Positions 14,431-16,437 of a DNA stretch of 16,437 nt are shown piece by piece (the first letter of the stretch is position 1; every line of letters begins with the position of its first letter). Both the position numbers and the translations under genes were made by a program. The notes below the pieces were generated by a model. It did no database searches, had not been told where the DNA came from, and was given only the letters and a program-made list of their open reading frames with translations. The DNA is from Archangium sp. (GTDB lineage Bacteria > Myxococcota > Myxococcia > Myxococcales > Myxococcaceae). The DNA is taken from contig JANLPS010000251.1 of assembly GCA_031367385.1 (NCBI GenBank), forward strand, positions 1-16,437. The letters are read 5' to 3'.

Positions 14431-14614
14431 GGGACTGATTCAGTGATCTGAATCGACAAAAATGGCGGCCTGAGACTGCCGCAGTCTCCTGACAAGCAAA
14501 AAAGCGCGAAACCGAGACTTCGCCAGTCTCCCAGAAGGGGCTGCAGCGCTCGGAGGAGACTGAGTCAGTGATGGCGCTCGTTCAAGAGGGGTTCCAGGAG
14601 ACTGCCCAAGTGAT
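14431..14614. repeat. Array of five 17-bp palindromic boxes G(A/G)GACT-N5-AGT(CTC/GAT) with 41-42-bp period
   Basis: Copies start at 14431 (gggactgattcagtgat), 14472 (gagactgccgcagtctc), 14514 (gagacttcgccagtctc), 14556 (gagactgagtcagtgat) and 14598 (gagactgcccaagtgat). The intervening 24-25 nt are largely unrelated. Confidence 0.85.
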
Positions 14615-14724
14615 CTGGCGCCCCTGTGGCCTCGGTGAGCGGGTTGTTCAACGGCGCCCCAACGTGTCTCTCTCGCTGTGACACCGTGAGGCGATGACGC
14701 CCTCAACTCAGAGGGAGAACCCAG

Positions 14725-14740
14725 TGGCGCGCTGTTTGCT
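14725..14740 (+). promoter_or_regulatory. sigma54 (-24/-12) promoter
   Basis: TGGCGCG-CTGT-TTGCT matches TGGCACG-N4-TTGCW with exact GG-N10-GC spacing, 31 nt upstream of the ATG at 14772. Confidence 0.75.
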
Positions 14741-14771
14741 CATCGCGCTGACACACCCCCTGGAGGCTCCA

Positions 14772-15467
14772 ATGAAATGGATGATCGTACCCCTTGTCGT
14801 CGCTGCATCGACCGCTCTCGCGGACAACCAACCCGTCGTGGAGCACAGCACGCGCACCTTCTACAATGACGCTGAACGCGGTGCGTGGAGGCCCGCGCCG
14901 TTGCCGACGAGCGACGCGCTCGCGACCATCGACACTGAAAAAGAATACGACGTCTCGATGCGTCGATTCTATTTGATGCCCGTCATCGGAGGCGAAATCA
15001 CCACCCTCGGCGGCACCTTTCAGCGCAACTCCGACGGGAGCGTCAGCGCGCAGACCGCTGCGAGCGGCGTGTATGGCGCTCCGTCGTTCGGAGCGTTGCT
15101 CGGGTGGAGGCTCGGCGGGTTCAATGTCGGCGCTCGCTACCAGGGCTCGGTGTACGGCGACACGAGGCTCGACCGCCTCATGCTCAACAAGGTCTACGGC
15201 GAAATCGGCTTCAACGCCCGGCGCGGGCGCGCCATCTTCAACGGGTACCTCGATGCGGGCTGGGCCTTCGCGAGCAGCTCGGGGCAACCTCTGCGCAACG
15301 GCATCGGCGGCAAAGCTGGCGTCGCCGTCGACTTTCTCGCCACCCGCTACTTGAGCTTCGGCCCGGGCCTCGAGTTCGACGTTCAGGGGTACGCCACCGA
15401 CAACAGCCCGACCTGGGTCGCGGTCTACGGCGGTTCAGCGTTTCTGCGCATTGGCGTGCAGCTCTAA
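14772..15467 (+). CDS. Probable outer-membrane beta-barrel protein (small, about 8-stranded type)
   Basis: GGAGG RBS. Signal peptide MKWMIVPLVVAASTALA. Gly/aromatic amphipathic strands (FGALLGWRL, FNVGARYQ, YGEIGFN, YLDAGWAF, AGVAVDF, SFGPGLEFD) and terminal strand AFLRIGVQL. Confidence 0.78.
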   Translation: MKWMIVPLVVAASTALADNQPVVEHSTRTFYNDAERGAWRPAPLPTSDALATIDTEKEYDVSMRRFYLMPVIGGEITTLGGTFQRNSDGSVSAQTAASGVYGAPSFGALLGWRLGGFNVGARYQGSVYGDTRLDRLMLNKVYGEIGFNARRGRAIFNGYLDAGWAFASSSGQPLRNGIGGKAGVAVDFLATRYLSFGPGLEFDVQGYATDNSPTWVAVYGGSAFLRIGVQL

Positions 15468-16318
15468 ACGCGCGGGCTGTCGAGAAAGACAGTCGGGCGT
15501 TCTGCGCCCGTGCCGTCCCACTCCACCGTGAAGTCGCGGGCTCGAAGGACTTTGACGATCTGGGTTCCCACGCGACGCATGTCCTTCTCAGCTCCCGATG
15601 GCGCACCCCAGAACGCCAAGCTCAGCCTCCCGACCGCCTTCGCGCGGTCGAGGTCTTGGCGCGTGTAGAAACAAAACCCCGTGAGGCCTTGTGATGCCCC
15701 ACCTTCGTCGTGAAACGCCTGCGAGCAATCGGCGAAGCCATCGTCTTGCGTGACGCCCACATCGTGGAGCGCGATGAGGCCCCCTGCGCGCAGCGCTTCG
15801 AAGGCGGCATCGAGCCGCTTTTTTGCAGCACGCCACCGAGCGGCGCTCAACCTGACATTCTCTGGTGCTGGAGCACGCGGAGGCGGTGATGCTTGACCGG
15901 TCAGCCGCGCAAGCAGCTGCTTCACCTTGGGCAGTCGAGCGTTCAAGATGACGTGGTTGCCCTGCGCGTCGTGCACGTCTGGCTTGGCTCCCGCGGAGAG
16001 CAAGGTCTCAATGGGGCCGAGCGACGATGAGAACTCGGCGGCCAGGTAGAGCGGCGTTCGCCGGCGTTCATCTGACGCTAGCTCGAGGAGCGCTCCGGCT
16101 TGGATGAGCAACTGCATGACCTCGCTGATGGCTGCTGGCGACCCTCCGTCAGTGCCCATCGCCGCGCACTGGAGTGGCGTGAAGTTGTATTCGTTGACCG
16201 CATTGACGGCCGCATTGTGAGCGAGGCAGGCGCGCACCGCCGCGATGTCTGCGGCCCGAGCAGCGTCGTGAAGATCGTTCGTGGGCTTCTTTCGAGGCGC
16301 AGGTTTTCGACCGGCCAT
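15464..16318 (-). CDS. Ankyrin-repeat protein fused to a DUF6891-like C-terminal domain
   Basis: Ankyrin motifs LHDAARAAD, FTPLQCAA and RTPLYLAAE...LLSAGAKPDVHDAQG. The C-terminus RLDAAFEAL...GLIALHDVGVTQDDG...GFCFYTRQDLDRA...LSLAF...EWDG matches my recollection of DUF6891. GAGG RBS; the stop overlaps the convergent gene's stop by 4 nt. Confidence 0.8.
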   Translation of the reverse strand: MAGRKPAPRKKPTNDLHDAARAADIAAVRACLAHNAAVNAVNEYNFTPLQCAAMGTDGGSPAAISEVMQLLIQAGALLELASDERRRTPLYLAAEFSSSLGPIETLLSAGAKPDVHDAQGNHVILNARLPKVKQLLARLTGQASPPPRAPAPENVRLSAARWRAAKKRLDAAFEALRAGGLIALHDVGVTQDDGFADCSQAFHDEGGASQGLTGFCFYTRQDLDRAKAVGRLSLAFWGAPSGAEKDMRRVGTQIVKVLRARDFTVEWDGTGAERPTVFLDSPRV

Positions 16319-16410
16319 CAGGCAGCCTCGTGCGTTTCGTCAGACATGAAGCAGAGCGTATGACGCAGTGTTGGTGACTGCACTCCTACGCGAAGAGGGT
16401 GCGCTCAGCC

Positions 16411-16437
16411 CATGGTTCGACAGGCTCACCATGAGAG
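16411..16437. repeat. REP-like short palindromic repeat (probably truncated by the window edge)
   Basis: catggt-tcgacaggctc-accatg hairpin. The TTCGACAGGCTCA core is a dispersed intergenic repeat motif I recall from many bacterial genomes. Confidence 0.6.

Noticed and set aside
14431..14614. Calling the repeat-spacer array a CRISPR array
   Set aside because: Repeats are only ~17 bp with a variable centre, the unit is 42 bp, and no cas gene is in the window.
14440..14706. 88-aa minus-strand ORF over the array
   Set aside because: No RBS, low-complexity product; better explained by the non-coding repeats.

Overview
GC-rich bacterial DNA whose gene content and protein families suggest Myxococcota (inference). 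On the minus strand at the left are a 3'-truncated histone-deacetylase-family gene with a large extra C-terminal domain and a 59-aa charged small protein; both are missing from the ORF track. Next is a thioesterase-glpX-SRPBCC operon. A PafA-type alkaline phosphatase is translationally coupled to a 2OG-Fe(II) oxygenase, followed by a 20-bp perfect palindrome, a Kelch/PPC lipoprotein with DAG repeats, a signal-peptide-bearing PHA_gran_rgn-like protein and a stand-alone SNF2 helicase. The right part looks accessory: a gene split by a 10-bp tandem duplication, two probable outer-membrane beta-barrels, a helical hypothetical protein and an ankyrin-DUF6891-like fusion. The most striking non-coding structure is the 14297-14776 divergent intergenic region. 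It holds five palindromic GAGACT-N5-AGT(CTC/GAT) boxes at a 41-42-bp period with unrelated spacers and a near-consensus sigma54 promoter, all bracketed by a perfect 15-bp inverted repeat formed by the RBS and start codon of both flanking genes.
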